In this document: positions 20,593 through 31,418 of the stretch, one piece after another | Numbering within the stretch: the first letter of the stretch is position 1 | How the letters are laid out: each line of letters opens with the position of its first letter | Assembly: GCA_045600145.1 (NCBI GenBank) | Contig: JAZRXI010000008.1 | Coordinates: 433-64,432 of the forward strand | From: Clostridia bacterium | Lineage (GTDB): Bacteria > Bacillota > Clostridia > Christensenellales > QALW01 | Length of the DNA stretch: 64,000 nucleotides | Direction of reading: 5' to 3' | The notes under the pieces: model-generated | Seen by the model: the letters and a program-made list of their open reading frames with translations, nothing else | What the model was told of the DNA's origin: nothing | The model's database searches: none | Position numbers and translations under genes: made by a program

Positions 20593-23232
20593 TTGGATAA
20601 CGAAAACGGAAATATCGGCAACAATGAAAACAACGAAAACAGTGTAATTGTTACCGAGGACGAACAGCCGATGCCTGCGGATCAGGCAAGCCGCATAATT
20701 GATATCGACATTGAATCCGAGGTAAAGAAATCCTTTATTTCTTACGCCATGGCGGTAAACATCAGCCGTGCACTTCCCGATGTGCGCGACGGTCTCAAGC
20801 CTGTACACAGAAGAATACTTTATTCGATGTACGAAAACGGATATACATACGATAAGCCCACAAGAAAGAGTGCGCGTATCGTCGGCGACGTTATGGGTAA
20901 ATATCACCCCCACGGCGATTCGTCGATATATGACGCCCTTGTGCGTCTTGCACAGCCGTTTTCAATACGTTATACGCTTGCCTACGGGCAGGGTAATTTC
21001 GGTACGGTCGACGGCGACCCTGCGGCGGCTTCACGTTACACGGAAGCAAAGCTTTCAAAAATAGCGGGCGAGCTGCTTGCCGATATCGACAAGGAGACCG
21101 TTGATTTCTACCCTAACTTCGATGAGACCGAGCTTCAGCCACGTGTGCTCCCGTCACGCTTCCCGAACCTTATGGTAAATGGATCGGACGGTATCGCGGT
21201 AGGTATGGCGACAAACATCCCGCCCCATAACCTGCGTGAGGTCATCGACGGCGTTGTTGCACTGATAGACGACCCCGATATAACCGTCGAAGGACTTATG
21301 GAATACATAAAGGGTCCCGATTTCCCGACCGCCGCGCAGATACGCGGTATTTCGGGCATAAGGGAAACCTACCTTACGGGACGCGGTAAGATCGTCATCC
21401 GCGCAAAAAGCGAGATCGAGGAAATGGGCGGCGGCAGACAGCGCATCGTCATAACCGAGATACCGTATCAGGTAAACAAAGCAAAGCTTGTTGAACGCAT
21501 AGCGGAGCTTTACAAGGATAAACAGTTCGAGGGCTTGAGTGCGCTCCGTGATGAATCGAACAAGGATGGCATGCGCGTTGTGCTTGAGCTTAAAAAGGAT
21601 ATCAACCCGCAGGTGGTACTCAATTTCCTTTACAGCCATACTCAGCTTCAGGATTCGTTCGGCGCGATAATGCTTGCTCTCGTGGACGGCGAGCCGCGTA
21701 TACTTAACCTCAAGGAAATGCTTTATTATTACCTTGAGCATCAGAAAGAGGTCGTTACACGGCGCACACAGTTCGATCTTGATAAGGCGCTTGCACGCGC
21801 ACATCTTGTTGAAGGCTTCCTGCGCGCACTTGATATTATTGATGAAGTCATAGCACTCATCCGTTCGAGCCAAACGACCGAGATCGCAAGGACACGCCTT
21901 ATGGAAGAGCTTGATTTTTCACTTGAGCAGGCAAAGAGCATACTTGATATGCGTCTCCAGCGCTTGACGGGGCTTGAACGCGAAAAGCTTGAACAGGAAT
22001 ATGCCGAGCTTCAGGCGGCTATCGAGCGTTACCGCGCGATACTTGCCGATCCTCAGCTCGTACTTGATATCATTAAAGAAGAAATACTTGTAATAAAGGA
22101 CAAGTATGGCGATGATCGCCGCACCGAGATATCGCCCGTTGAGGATGAGATCGACCTTGAATCGCTTATTCAGGAAGAGGACATGGTCATAACAATGACT
22201 CATGCAGGCTATATCAAGCGCGTGCCGTCTGCCACATACCGCGCTCAAAGACGCGGCGGAAAGGGCATAAGCGGCATTACTACGCGCGAAGAAGACTATG
22301 TGGAGCGTGTACTTGTCGCAAACACTCATACCGACCTGCTGTTCTTCACGACAAAGGGCAGGGTATTCAAGTTGAGATGTTATCAGCTTCCGGAAGCAAG
22401 CCGTACCGCCAAAGGCAGTGCGATAGTAAATCTGCTTGAGCTTGATAACGGCGAAAAGGTAACGAATATAATTGATCTGCCCGAGGATCCCGAGCTTCGT
22501 GAACACCTCAGCCTTGTTATGGCTACACGCATGGGCTTCATCAAGAAAACTGAGCTGTCCGAATATAATAACATCCGCAAGAGCGGACTTATAGCGATAA
22601 TCCTGCGCGAAGAGGACGAGCTTGTTAATGTTCAACTTGCAGGCGGTGAGGACGATATCCTTATCGCTACCGCTAACGGAAAAGCGATACGCTTTGAAGA
22701 AAAGCTCGTGCGCAATATGGGACGCGGCACTATGGGCGTTACGGCGATAAATCTTGCCGATGATGATTTTGTTGTCAATATGGATATCATTCATCAGAAT
22801 GGAGAAGTGCTGACTATCACTGAAAACGGCTATGGCAAGCGTACAGACGTTTCTGAGTACCGTGTAACGGGCAGAAATTGCAAGGGTATTATAACTCACG
22901 CGCTCAATGAAAACACCGGAAAAATCATTGATATGACGGTCGTTACGGGCGAAGAAGATATCATGCTTATCACGGGTGACGGAACTATCATCCGCACCGA
23001 GGTATCACAGCTTCGCAGCATGGGACGCTCTACGCAAGGTGTTCGCGTGATGCGTCTTGCCGACGGCATCAAGGTAGTCGCGGTTGCGACAGCACCTCAC
23101 GAGGAAGAAAAGGATTATGAGCAGGCAGATGACACAAATGTCTCGGAAAATGCAAATGAAACGAAAACCGATGAAGATACAGCTTCGGTTGGCGAGGACG
23201 GTACTTCCGACAGTCCTATTGAAACGTTATAA
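20593..23232 (+). CDS. gyrA: DNA gyrase subunit A
   Basis: [45 protein letters not shown]; acidic C-terminal tail; TTG start uncertain. Confidence 0.95.
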   Translation: MDNENGNIGNNENNENSVIVTEDEQPMPADQASRIIDIDIESEVKKSFISYAMAVNISRALPDVRDGLKPVHRRILYSMYENGYTYDKPTRKSARIVGDVMGKYHPHGDSSIYDALVRLAQPFSIRYTLAYGQGNFGTVDGDPAAASRYTEAKLSKIAGELLADIDKETVDFYPNFDETELQPRVLPSRFPNLMVNGSDGIAVGMATNIPPHNLREVIDGVVALIDDPDITVEGLMEYIKGPDFPTAAQIRGISGIRETYLTGRGKIVIRAKSEIEEMGGGRQRIVITEIPYQVNKAKLVERIAELYKDKQFEGLSALRDESNKDGMRVVLELKKDINPQVVLNFLYSHTQLQDSFGAIMLALVDGEPRILNLKEMLYYYLEHQKEVVTRRTQFDLDKALARAHLVEGFLRALDIIDEVIALIRSSQTTEIARTRLMEELDFSLEQAKSILDMRLQRLTGLEREKLEQEYAELQAAIERYRAILADPQLVLDIIKEEILVIKDKYGDDRRTEISPVEDEIDLESLIQEEDMVITMTHAGYIKRVPSATYRAQRRGGKGISGITTREEDYVERVLVANTHTDLLFFTTKGRVFKLRCYQLPEASRTAKGSAIVNLLELDNGEKVTNIIDLPEDPELREHLSLVMATRMGFIKKTELSEYNNIRKSGLIAIILREEDELVNVQLAGGEDDILIATANGKAIRFEEKLVRNMGRGTMGVTAINLADDDFVVNMDIIHQNGEVLTITENGYGKRTDVSEYRVTGRNCKGIITHALNENTGKIIDMTVVTGEEDIMLITGDGTIIRTEVSQLRSMGRSTQGVRVMRLADGIKVVAVATAPHEEEKDYEQADDTNVSENANETKTDEDTASVGEDGTSDSPIETL

Positions 23233-23247
23233 CACGGAGGAGTATTG

Positions 23248-23571
23248 ATGGTCAAAAAAGTTTTGCTTATAGCCGGTGCGATTTTTCTCGGCTTGAACTT
23301 CGGTATGATCTCCGGCTTTATGCCGATACTTCTGATCGTGGGTTTTGTACTGTTCCAGGACGGTTTGAAATCTACCGTGCTTGCCGGCTACAGCACGCTT
23401 ACGGCGATAGTTGCCGGCATACTTACATACGTTCATATGTACCGTAAAAAGCGTGAACATGAATCACCGTCACCGTATGTTATGGCGCTTGCATGGAGCT
23501 TTGTTGCCGGTGCGGTCATCGCCGCTGTAGCGTTGTTTATTTATTCGGGAAACGAAATATACAGAATATGA
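23248..23571 (+). CDS. small membrane protein (3-4 TM), unknown function
   Basis: GGAGGAG RBS, MVKKVLLIAGAIFLGLNFGMISGF... Confidence 0.6.
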   Translation: MVKKVLLIAGAIFLGLNFGMISGFMPILLIVGFVLFQDGLKSTVLAGYSTLTAIVAGILTYVHMYRKKREHESPSPYVMALAWSFVAGAVIAAVALFIYSGNEIYRI

Positions 23572-23576
23572 GTTTG

Positions 23577-23733
23577 TTGGACTCCATCCACACTCATATG
23601 CAGGGGATACAGTCCTTTGACTCCACCCGCTTTCTTGAAAAAACGGGACAAAAAACTTTCGTGACTTTATGAAAAATTCTTCCACCGTAAGTAGGGCGGG
23701 AGAATTTTTTTGCAAAAGTATGTGAAAGAAACA
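23577..23733 (+). repeat. 3'-UTR-associated modular repeat, copy R4 (ATTCTCCCG-hairpin subfamily)
   Basis: Aligns with R1: CCCGCTTTCTTGAAAAAACGGG, AAAAAACTTTCGTGAC, ATTCTTCCACC-N7-GGGCGGGAGAAT+T7. Confidence 0.6.
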
Positions 23734-23821
23734 TACGGAGCTGAAAAAATGAGTTGCACGCATTTTTTGCAAACTTGTTGTAGTGCAATTGCTTTGTTTT
23801 CTGTCGCTTAATTTAGGGAAA

Positions 23822-23926
23822 CGCCGCGAAGCGCAATAAAAAGTTTTATCCCGCTTTTACAAAAGCGGGCGAGTGGTGCAGGGGAACGGAGTTCCCGCGA
23901 AAAGGGATACGGGGAGTCCCCGCAAA
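23822..23926 (-). repeat. 3'-UTR-associated modular repeat, copy R5
   Basis: Minus-sense: GGGGACTCCCC, GGGAACTCCGTTCCC, CCCGCTTTTGTAAAAGCGGG (23850-23869), AAAACTTTTTATTGCGC; abuts the tadA stop. Confidence 0.65.
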
Positions 23927-24397
23927 TCAGTGGTTTAGAGCCAAGCCTCTTTTTGACTTAAAAAAATCCGAAAGTATTGAGGCGCACTCATTTTGCATAA
24001 CGCCACCGAGTACTTCGGCACGGTGATTGAAACGCTTATCGCTGCAAAGGCGGTAGAGTGTGGTACAACATCCTGCCTTTTCGTCGTATGCACCGAACAC
24101 GACCCTGTCAACACGCGAGTTCACTATCACACCCGCGCACATGGGACACGGTTCAAGCGTCACATACAGAGTGCAACCCGATAGTCTCCACGAATGAAGC
24201 TGATGTGCCGCTCTGCGCATGGCAAGAAGCTCTGCATGCGATGTCGGGTCATTGTCATGCTCACGGCGGTTACAGCCGCGCGCAATGATTTCCCCTTCGT
24301 ATACGATAACGGCGCCTACGGGGACTTCACCTGCTTTTGCGGCGCATCTTGCCTGCATGAGCGCGCGTTCCATAAAATAATAATCGTCTTTAATCAT
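23927..24397 (-). CDS. tadA: tRNA adenosine(34) deaminase
   Basis: HAELLAMR and PCPMCAG zinc-binding motifs; 156 aa. Confidence 0.92.
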   Translation of the reverse strand: MIKDDYYFMERALMQARCAAKAGEVPVGAVIVYEGEIIARGCNRREHDNDPTSHAELLAMRRAAHQLHSWRLSGCTLYVTLEPCPMCAGVIVNSRVDRVVFGAYDEKAGCCTTLYRLCSDKRFNHRAEVLGGVMQNECASILSDFFKSKRGLALNH

Positions 24398-25631
24398 CTA
24401 TATCAACTATCTCCGTGTCACCGTTTAAGTTAAATCCACTTTCCGAAGCGAGCGCTATCGGCGCTAAAGCAAGCTTGCTCCACTCGCTCTTGGGTGAGCA
24501 TCCGCCACTCACGGAAATACCGGTCATCAGTGAAAATGCAGGAAGGTCATATTCGCTTATGAACCACTGTGCCGCATTTACCGATATACACATATCTTTA
24601 TCGAGACCGTTCGAAAGCGCGGTATATCCCGTCAACAAAGCAAGCTTATCGGCAAGCTGACGGCTTACATACATGCTTTTGCTTTGTCCGAATGACCAAT
24701 CAATAAGTCCGCCATTGCCGCTGTATATCAGTGAGATTTTGAATTTTTCATTTTGACAAAGCGTGCGTATAGCCGAAGCCTCAGACGAAGTAAACGGGGT
24801 ACCGCAATAGCCTGAACAGCACGGAGTATTCCTGATAACATCGGATGTCACGGTACCGCGACCGAAATTTATACTTACGTCGATGCCATCGGCGTTTGCA
24901 TCCCAACCCGATCGATCCGTCATATAGCCGGATGATATTGATGATTCGACCAACGTGTGTACCGAAGGATCAAAGCCATCCGCACCGTTTATATTCAATT
25001 CGACTCCGTCCGGATTAAGCATCGGCACAAAATATATTCTGCACTTTTTTAATATTTCGTCATATGTCATGCCAGAATATACTTTTGATGTGTCGGTAAG
25101 ATACGTTTCTATTTGCTTCATCATCAGCAGAGAATTACCGTATTCACTGCCTCGCACACCCGCAATGAGCAAAATTTTGTTTTCGGCAGTTCGACTTCCG
25201 AGCTTGACGCAGAAAATATCTCTTGAAAACTTGGTCTTTCCGATAACCTCGGCTTCAATGTTGTATTTTGCCGAAAGCGCCTTGATATCCGCAGAAAGGC
25301 TGTCATATGTATATTTCACCACGTTTTCATATGATGTAGTTGCTGTCGGCACGGGAGTGTTGCCCGTATTTGGTTTGCCGCTTGAGTCTGTTGAGGCGGG
25401 TGTATTGCCGGGAGTATTGTACGTCTCCGATGCCGAAGCTGTGGGTACGGAAGTTTTTCCTTCAATATCGACTATATCGCCTGCGGGAGCGAGTTCTTCT
25501 TTTGCAGGAGACGGAGATAGTGATGTTGGCGAGGGCGACGGCGTATCGGTAACAACATTTTTCGGAGCACATGAAACGAGTAGTACCGTGCATGCAATCA
25601 AAGTTGTAAGAGAAACGAATGTTCTTTTCAT
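24390..25631 (-). CDS. M14 carboxypeptidase-like lipoprotein, probably catalytically dead
   Basis: Lipobox LLVSC; layout like gamma-D-Glu-DAP peptidases (VPMLNPDGV) but HxxE is RGSE, and the later His and Glu positions read Y and M. Confidence 0.6.
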   Translation of the reverse strand: MKRTFVSLTTLIACTVLLVSCAPKNVVTDTPSPSPTSLSPSPAKEELAPAGDIVDIEGKTSVPTASASETYNTPGNTPASTDSSGKPNTGNTPVPTATTSYENVVKYTYDSLSADIKALSAKYNIEAEVIGKTKFSRDIFCVKLGSRTAENKILLIAGVRGSEYGNSLLMMKQIETYLTDTSKVYSGMTYDEILKKCRIYFVPMLNPDGVELNINGADGFDPSVHTLVESSISSGYMTDRSGWDANADGIDVSINFGRGTVTSDVIRNTPCCSGYCGTPFTSSEASAIRTLCQNEKFKISLIYSGNGGLIDWSFGQSKSMYVSRQLADKLALLTGYTALSNGLDKDMCISVNAAQWFISEYDLPAFSLMTGISVSGGCSPKSEWSKLALAPIALASESGFNLNGDTEIVDIDD

Positions 25632-25697
25632 TTTTTTGTCCTGCCTTTGTTTGCTATTTGTAAAAAAGCGGATTTTTTAGAATTGTCTTGTTCTGAA

Positions 25698-26165
25698 TTA
25701 TTTATGATATGGCTCGCCGCTTAATATTTTGAAGCTCCGGTATATTTGCTCGGCAAGTATAACTCGCGCCATTGAATGTGTAAACGTCATATCGGAGAGC
25801 GAAAGCACGAAATCGGCACGCTTCAATGCGTTCTCGTGAAATCCGAGCGAGCCGCCGAGCGCGAAAACAAGATTTTTACCTTGCCATGAATCCATTTTTT
25901 GTGCAAGCGCAACACTCGTAAGCTGTTTGCCCGTGCCGTCAAGAATCACGAGAAAATCATTGTCATTAAGCCGTTTTTTGATTTTTTCCCATTCGGTCAG
26001 CTTAATGTCCGACTTTTGCGCCTCGGACAGCTTTTCCGGCGCTTGCTCGTCGGGAACTTCGATTATTGAAAATTTGCAGTAGCGCGAAAGCCGTTTTTCG
26101 AACTCGTCCTGAATATCGGCATAAATGCGTTGAAGTTTACCTACCGCGATTATTCTTACATTCAT
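25698..26165 (-). CDS. rlmH: 23S rRNA (pseudouridine1915-N3)-methyltransferase
   Basis: 155-aa SPOUT protein, MNVRIIAVGKL..., C-terminal GEPYHK. Confidence 0.9.
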   Translation of the reverse strand: MNVRIIAVGKLQRIYADIQDEFEKRLSRYCKFSIIEVPDEQAPEKLSEAQKSDIKLTEWEKIKKRLNDNDFLVILDGTGKQLTSVALAQKMDSWQGKNLVFALGGSLGFHENALKRADFVLSLSDMTFTHSMARVILAEQIYRSFKILSGEPYHK

Positions 26166-26166
26166 T

Positions 26167-27183
26167 CTATATACCTCTCCACGAAAAATACATCGTGACG
26201 GCGTTTACGACTATAAAAACAAACCAACCGAAAAAGTACAAAAGCCGTTCGCTTGCGTTCTGCTTTTGAAGCAGTGAAGGATATTCCATGTCCGTTACAA
26301 ATGCTTTGCCGTACTTTTCGGTGTTCTTTTTTCCTGTATAAAGAACAAATATTATCATTCCCACACATGCTATAAGCGGAATTAACGATAATGATAAAAC
26401 CACAAGAGCTACACCGCTTTCAGATAGCATAAACGCATCGAATGCGTCGCTGACAGGCTGATAAAGCAATAAGGTCGATGCCAGATTGAGTGTAAAGTGA
26501 ACGGTAATGCTCGCAAAAAGCGAATCCGATACTATAGTGACAGTACCGAGCACTATGCCGAGCAGAAAAGCATATACGAGCTGTTCAAGATTCGCGTGCA
26601 TTATCGCAAACATCGCGGATGACGCGATCACGGCGATAACGGGAGATGTGCGCTCAAATGCTCTCATGACAAACCCGCGGAAAAATATTTCTTCGCAAAC
26701 AGCCGGCAGACATGATGTTATAGCGATTTCAAAAAGCAGTTGCGGTATATTTGATGCCGACGGGATCGATTCAAGCTCGGATGGCTGACCGAGGATCTGA
26801 GTCATTCCGTCTATCGCAAACTGATTTATAAACTGCACCGCGAAATATACTCCCACGCAGACGATTACGAGTGAAAATATCTGTATGATGTCGATCCTCT
26901 TATTAAGCCGAAGTGTTGACGTCATATCACACTTTGTTGCGGTCAATATCACAAGCGGTATCGCAAGCACCGAAATAAACTGCGAAATCAGCACAAGAAA
27001 CATTTTGTAACCGAAATCCGTTTTGAAGCGTAACGGAAAGTCGTTTCCGAGTATTAGCCTCAAAGCGATCACGGCGGCGAATCCGACAAATTGTATCAGC
27101 GCTACACCGACGGCCGCATGCCATTTTTTCGGAAAGCGTTTGTCATCAAGCATAGCGCGGATTTCGGGTGAAGTTGTGTACAT
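26167..27183 (-). CDS. CPBP family intramembrane glutamic endopeptidase
   Basis: Polytopic; EEIFFRGF and FAIMH motifs. Confidence 0.8.
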   Translation of the reverse strand: MYTTSPEIRAMLDDKRFPKKWHAAVGVALIQFVGFAAVIALRLILGNDFPLRFKTDFGYKMFLVLISQFISVLAIPLVILTATKCDMTSTLRLNKRIDIIQIFSLVIVCVGVYFAVQFINQFAIDGMTQILGQPSELESIPSASNIPQLLFEIAITSCLPAVCEEIFFRGFVMRAFERTSPVIAVIASSAMFAIMHANLEQLVYAFLLGIVLGTVTIVSDSLFASITVHFTLNLASTLLLYQPVSDAFDAFMLSESGVALVVLSLSLIPLIACVGMIIFVLYTGKKNTEKYGKAFVTDMEYPSLLQKQNASERLLYFFGWFVFIVVNAVTMYFSWRGI

Positions 27184-27186
27184 TGC

Positions 27187-28398
27187 TTATTCCCGGATAA
27201 AGAAGCGGGAAAGAAGCTCAAAACCCGTTTCCTGAATAATTCCTGTTTCTTCTGCAGTGCGCTCGCAAAGATTTGTAACGCCGCTGTTGCGTTCTTTGTT
27301 GCTGTAATAAACGGCATACGGAACGGGTGCACTAGAATGTGAACCTGTCGAAACGGGTGTGGGATGGTCGGGCATGATAAGCACGCCGTATTCCTCGTTA
27401 CGCGCACGCAATCCGTTTACGACGAACGTAAGCACGGTATCAAGCATTTCTATTGATTTGATTTTACGTTCGGTTTCATGACGGTGACCACATTCATCGG
27501 GAGCTTCAAAATGCAGATAGCAGAAATCGTGCCCTTCATCGAACGCCTGAAGCGTCGCTTTCGCTTTGCCCATGAAGTTGGTTTCAAGAGTGCCCGTTGC
27601 ACCTTCTACATCATAGGTATCCATATCGGCAAGCCGCGCGATCCCGCGAACAAGGTCTACCGCTGTGACTGCCGCACCTGTAAGACCGTATTTTTTATCA
27701 AACGGAGAAAGTCCCGGCTTACTGCCGACACCCCAGAACCAGCATGTGTTGGCAGGATGCTTTCCGCATGCGATGCGTTTAAGATTTACGGGATGCTTTG
27801 AAAGTATATTATAGCTTTTTTTCATTACATCGAGCAGAATTTGCGCTCCGCTTCCCGAAGGAAGGTATTCCGTTACTTTTTTGCCCGTTATGTCGTGCGG
27901 CGGAGTAAGCTTTACATCGCTGTTGCCGCCGTGGATGAGCAGGATATGTCTGTACGATATGCCGGCGTGGAACTCCATTGATTCATCCGAAAGCTCTTTG
28001 TTTAGTGCTTCAATAAGCTCTGCGGCTTCCTCGGTGCTGATTTCATCACTCGAATAGTCTACCATTGTTTTATCCGCGTAATCGGGCTCATCCGAAACGC
28101 ACGCAAGATTGCATCTCAATGTGATATCATCATCACGCATTTTAAGTCCCATAGCAGCCGCTTCAAGCGGAGCACGGCCTGTCAGATAAATGCGCGGGTC
28201 GTAACCCATAACAGCAAGATTTCCGACATCACTTCCGCCCTTGCAGCCTTCGGGCGTGATATTACACATACCGACCTCGCCGTGAGCGGCCATGTAGTCG
28301 ATAAGAGGTTTTTTGGCACATTCCATAGGCGTTTTACCGTTAAGCTCGGTTTGCGGAAGGTCAGCCATGCCGTCACCGAGCAAGCATAAAAATTTCAT
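27187..28398 (-). CDS. apgM: cofactor-independent phosphoglycerate mutase (archaeal-type)
   Basis: MKFLCLLGDGMAD, HFEAPDECGH; 403 aa. Confidence 0.85.
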   Translation of the reverse strand: MKFLCLLGDGMADLPQTELNGKTPMECAKKPLIDYMAAHGEVGMCNITPEGCKGGSDVGNLAVMGYDPRIYLTGRAPLEAAAMGLKMRDDDITLRCNLACVSDEPDYADKTMVDYSSDEISTEEAAELIEALNKELSDESMEFHAGISYRHILLIHGGNSDVKLTPPHDITGKKVTEYLPSGSGAQILLDVMKKSYNILSKHPVNLKRIACGKHPANTCWFWGVGSKPGLSPFDKKYGLTGAAVTAVDLVRGIARLADMDTYDVEGATGTLETNFMGKAKATLQAFDEGHDFCYLHFEAPDECGHRHETERKIKSIEMLDTVLTFVVNGLRARNEEYGVLIMPDHPTPVSTGSHSSAPVPYAVYYSNKERNSGVTNLCERTAEETGIIQETGFELLSRFFIRE

Positions 28399-28469
28399 GA
28401 TCAGTCTCCTTAAACATATATTTTATTTAGTATAACATATCATTCGATATTTTGCACTATATTTTTGAC

Positions 28470-28498
28470 TTGACAATAATTTTTTTTTAATTTATACT
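28470..28498 (+). promoter_or_regulatory. sigma-A promoter for rho
   Basis: TTGACA (28470-28475), 17 nt, TATACT (28493-28498). Confidence 0.6.
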
Positions 28499-28571
28499 TT
28501 ATTCCATAGCTTTGAAATACCTGTTCCGGCATTTTGAGATCACATTTTATTTTCTTTTCAGAGGTAAGCAT

Positions 28572-29963
28572 ATGAAGGAATTTTCAGACATGAAGCTCAG
28601 TGAGCTTAAAGAATTCGCGGCGATAGCGGGAATAGAACTACCCGCAGGCGCGCGCAAAGCCGAAATAATAGCGTTTTTGGATAACATGAAAAAGAAAGCC
28701 GATGAAGAAGCGAATACCGGCGTTGAACAAGCGAAAAATGAGCTTGCGGAAATTCCCGAAGAGGAAACGCAGGACATTGCCGAAAAAATAGCACAGCATG
28801 AAGAACGTGTGAATCCGGCTGTACCCGACATACTAAACGGAGGAAACTGCGGTGACTGTTGCGGAGTGCTTGATGTGCTTCCCGATGGCTACGGCTTTTT
28901 GCGATGCGGTCCGTTTGAATTTGCAAAGAAAGGTATAGAACGCGATGTTTATGTTTCTATTGCACAGATACGCCGTTTCAATTTGCGCACAGGCGACAAA
29001 ATAACGGGCAAAACACGTCCGCTTCGTGACGGAGAAAAATATGCCGCACTTTTATACGTGATTTCGGTAAATGACACAGAACCGAACAAGGCATCCGCAA
29101 GGCGAAAATTCGAAATGCTTGTCCCCGTACACCCGGATGAGCGATTGAAGTTGGAAAATAGCGCAGGTGATATTTCGCTGAGGCTTATAGACCTCATTGC
29201 GCCTATAGGTAAAGGACAGCGAAGCATGATAGTCGCTCAGCCCAAAAGCGGAAAGACAGTGTTGCTCAAACAGATAGCCCAGGCAATAGAGAAGAATTAT
29301 CCGAGTATCGAGCTGATGGTACTGCTCATAGACGAACGTCCGGAAGAGGTCACGGATATGCAACGCTCGATAAAAAGCGATGTGCTGTATTCAACATTTG
29401 ACGAGATGCCGGAAAACCATGTAAAAGTTTCAGAAATAGTGCTTGAACGTGCACAGCGACTTGTTGAACACGGCAGAGATGTAGTCATACTGCTTGACAG
29501 CATAACGCGTCTTGCACGCGCATACAACCTAACCATTGCGCCGACGGGCAAGGTGCTTTCGGGCGGAATCGACCCCGGCGCACTGTATAAGCCGAAAAAG
29601 TTTTTCGGCGCGGCGCGAAATATCGAAAATGGCGGGAGTCTTACAATACTTGCGACTGCGCTTGTAGAAACGGGCTCGCGTATGGACGACATCATTTTTG
29701 AGGAATTTAAGGGAACGGGCAACAGCGAGCTTCATCTTGACAGAAAGCTTGCTGAAAAAAGGATATATCCGGCAATAGATATCAAAAAATCGGGCACGCG
29801 CCGCGAAGAACTTCTGCTAGACCGTGACGAGCTTGAATGTGCCTACGCTATCAGACGAACGCTTTCCGAAAGGACTAATGAGCACTCCATGGAATTGCTT
29901 ATAAGGCAAATACGGGAAACAAAAGACAATGGCGAGCTTGTGAGAAAAATCGTAAGAAAATAA
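28572..29963 (+). CDS. rho: transcription termination factor Rho
   Basis: N-terminal MKLSELKEFA.., VLPDGYGFLR, Walker A AQPKSGKT; acidic insertion of about 45 aa after the N-terminal helix bundle. Confidence 0.95.
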   Translation: MKEFSDMKLSELKEFAAIAGIELPAGARKAEIIAFLDNMKKKADEEANTGVEQAKNELAEIPEEETQDIAEKIAQHEERVNPAVPDILNGGNCGDCCGVLDVLPDGYGFLRCGPFEFAKKGIERDVYVSIAQIRRFNLRTGDKITGKTRPLRDGEKYAALLYVISVNDTEPNKASARRKFEMLVPVHPDERLKLENSAGDISLRLIDLIAPIGKGQRSMIVAQPKSGKTVLLKQIAQAIEKNYPSIELMVLLIDERPEEVTDMQRSIKSDVLYSTFDEMPENHVKVSEIVLERAQRLVEHGRDVVILLDSITRLARAYNLTIAPTGKVLSGGIDPGALYKPKKFFGAARNIENGGSLTILATALVETGSRMDDIIFEEFKGTGNSELHLDRKLAEKRIYPAIDIKKSGTRREELLLDRDELECAYAIRRTLSERTNEHSMELLIRQIRETKDNGELVRKIVRK

Positions 29964-30017
29964 ATGTTTCAGCTCCTTTACTTCGGGCAATGCTTTGAAT
30001 GTAAAGGAGATTTTTTT

Positions 30018-30362
30018 ATGGAAAAATATGTTGCCGTGCTTGCGGCAATTGCCATTGCGCTCTTTGCGTTCTGCACATTTCCGATCTTAGGAAAAACTGC
30101 GAACGACACCTATCTCGTATGTGATAAGGATTCCATGGCACTGAATATTCTTACATCTTGCGAGTTGTGGGAAAATAATGGATATCTCGTTTTTAAGCTT
30201 GATGAAAACGGAAAAAAGTATGCCGATGCGATACCCGGAAGTAAAAAGGTAGAAGAATATTTTTTTGATGACGCACATAGTATTAACATGCGTAACCCGT
30301 TTTTACAGATGATATCAACAGGCGGACAAACGGTTTGCGGAATACCGTACGTTATCGGGTAA
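30018..30362 (+). CDS. membrane-anchored hypothetical protein
   Basis: AAGGAG RBS, MEKYVAVLAAIAIALFAFCTFP signal/TM. Confidence 0.55.
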   Translation: MEKYVAVLAAIAIALFAFCTFPILGKTANDTYLVCDKDSMALNILTSCELWENNGYLVFKLDENGKKYADAIPGSKKVEEYFFDDAHSINMRNPFLQMISTGGQTVCGIPYVIG

Positions 30363-30375
30363 GGGAGATAGATTT

Positions 30376-31407
30376 GTGGAAAAGGTCAAAATTTGTTTTG
30401 CATTATTGCTTGCCGTTATACTGCTTGTGATTGCGTGCTTCTATTTCGGAAATGACAGCTTTAATGTTTCCGCTGTTTCTGACGGACAAAATATGGTAGT
30501 CATCCAAAACACAATCACAGATGCTGTCGAAAATAAGGAAATTTCAGAATCGCCTCAACCATCTCCGCAAGAGACACCGGAGGTTCCCGAAAAGCAGATA
30601 AATGTCAATATCAACGGAAATATCACGCTGATGAATGAACAGGAATATATAATGTGCGTCGTTGCCGGCGAGGTATCTCCGACATACGCGCCGGAAGCGC
30701 TTAAAGCTCAGACTGTCGCGGCGAGGACATATCTTTATTACAAAATGACTAACGGCGGATGTGCCAACGGCGGCGATATATGTACCGATTACGCGCATTG
30801 CCAGGCATTCAAGTCACGCGAACAAATGATATCGCAATGGGGAAGTAAGTATGATACTTACTTTGCCGCGATCGAGCAGGCTGTGAACGAAACGAGCGGA
30901 GAAATAATTAAATATGATAATATGCCCATATGTGCATTGTATCATTCTTCAAGTGTGGGCAAGACCGAAAACTGTGTTTCGGTATTCGGCGGAAACAGAC
31001 CATACCTTATCAGTGTTGATTCTCCGCTGGAAAAAACAGACATGGAATATTCAAAATCGGTAACGTTTACGGAATCGGAGTTTACAAAAAAGATAAATGA
31101 CTATTTCGGCATGAAAATAGATAAAATAGATATAAAGCTCGGAACGCGCACCGCCGCAGGACGTGTATCTACGGTAATAATAGACGGTCAAACGCTGAAA
31201 GCGACAAAGCTTCGCCTTGCACTGAATCTGCGCTCAACGGATTTTACCATTGAAAACAACGGCGACAGCATAACGTTTACCACGCTTGGCTACGGCCACG
31301 GCGTCGGAATGAGCCAGCACGGCGCGCAAGCCATGGCAGAAAACGGCTCTACCTATAAGGAAATCCTTACTCACTACTATACCGGGACCGTGGTCGAACG
31401 AGCCTGA
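30376..31407 (+). CDS. spoIID: stage II sporulation protein D (SpoIID/LytB domain)
   Basis: ALKAQTVAARTY, YHSSSVGKTEN, GHGVGMSQHGA; GTG start. Confidence 0.85.
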   Translation: MEKVKICFALLLAVILLVIACFYFGNDSFNVSAVSDGQNMVVIQNTITDAVENKEISESPQPSPQETPEVPEKQINVNINGNITLMNEQEYIMCVVAGEVSPTYAPEALKAQTVAARTYLYYKMTNGGCANGGDICTDYAHCQAFKSREQMISQWGSKYDTYFAAIEQAVNETSGEIIKYDNMPICALYHSSSVGKTENCVSVFGGNRPYLISVDSPLEKTDMEYSKSVTFTESEFTKKINDYFGMKIDKIDIKLGTRTAAGRVSTVIIDGQTLKATKLRLALNLRSTDFTIENNGDSITFTTLGYGHGVGMSQHGAQAMAENGSTYKEILTHYYTGTVVERA

Positions 31408-31418
31408 TGAGTACGTCA

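Noticed and set aside
28572-28900. The acidic ~45-aa insertion in the Rho N-terminal domain as a novelty.
   Set aside because: N-terminal insertion domains in Rho are well known in Firmicutes and Actinobacteria, so this is not unusual.
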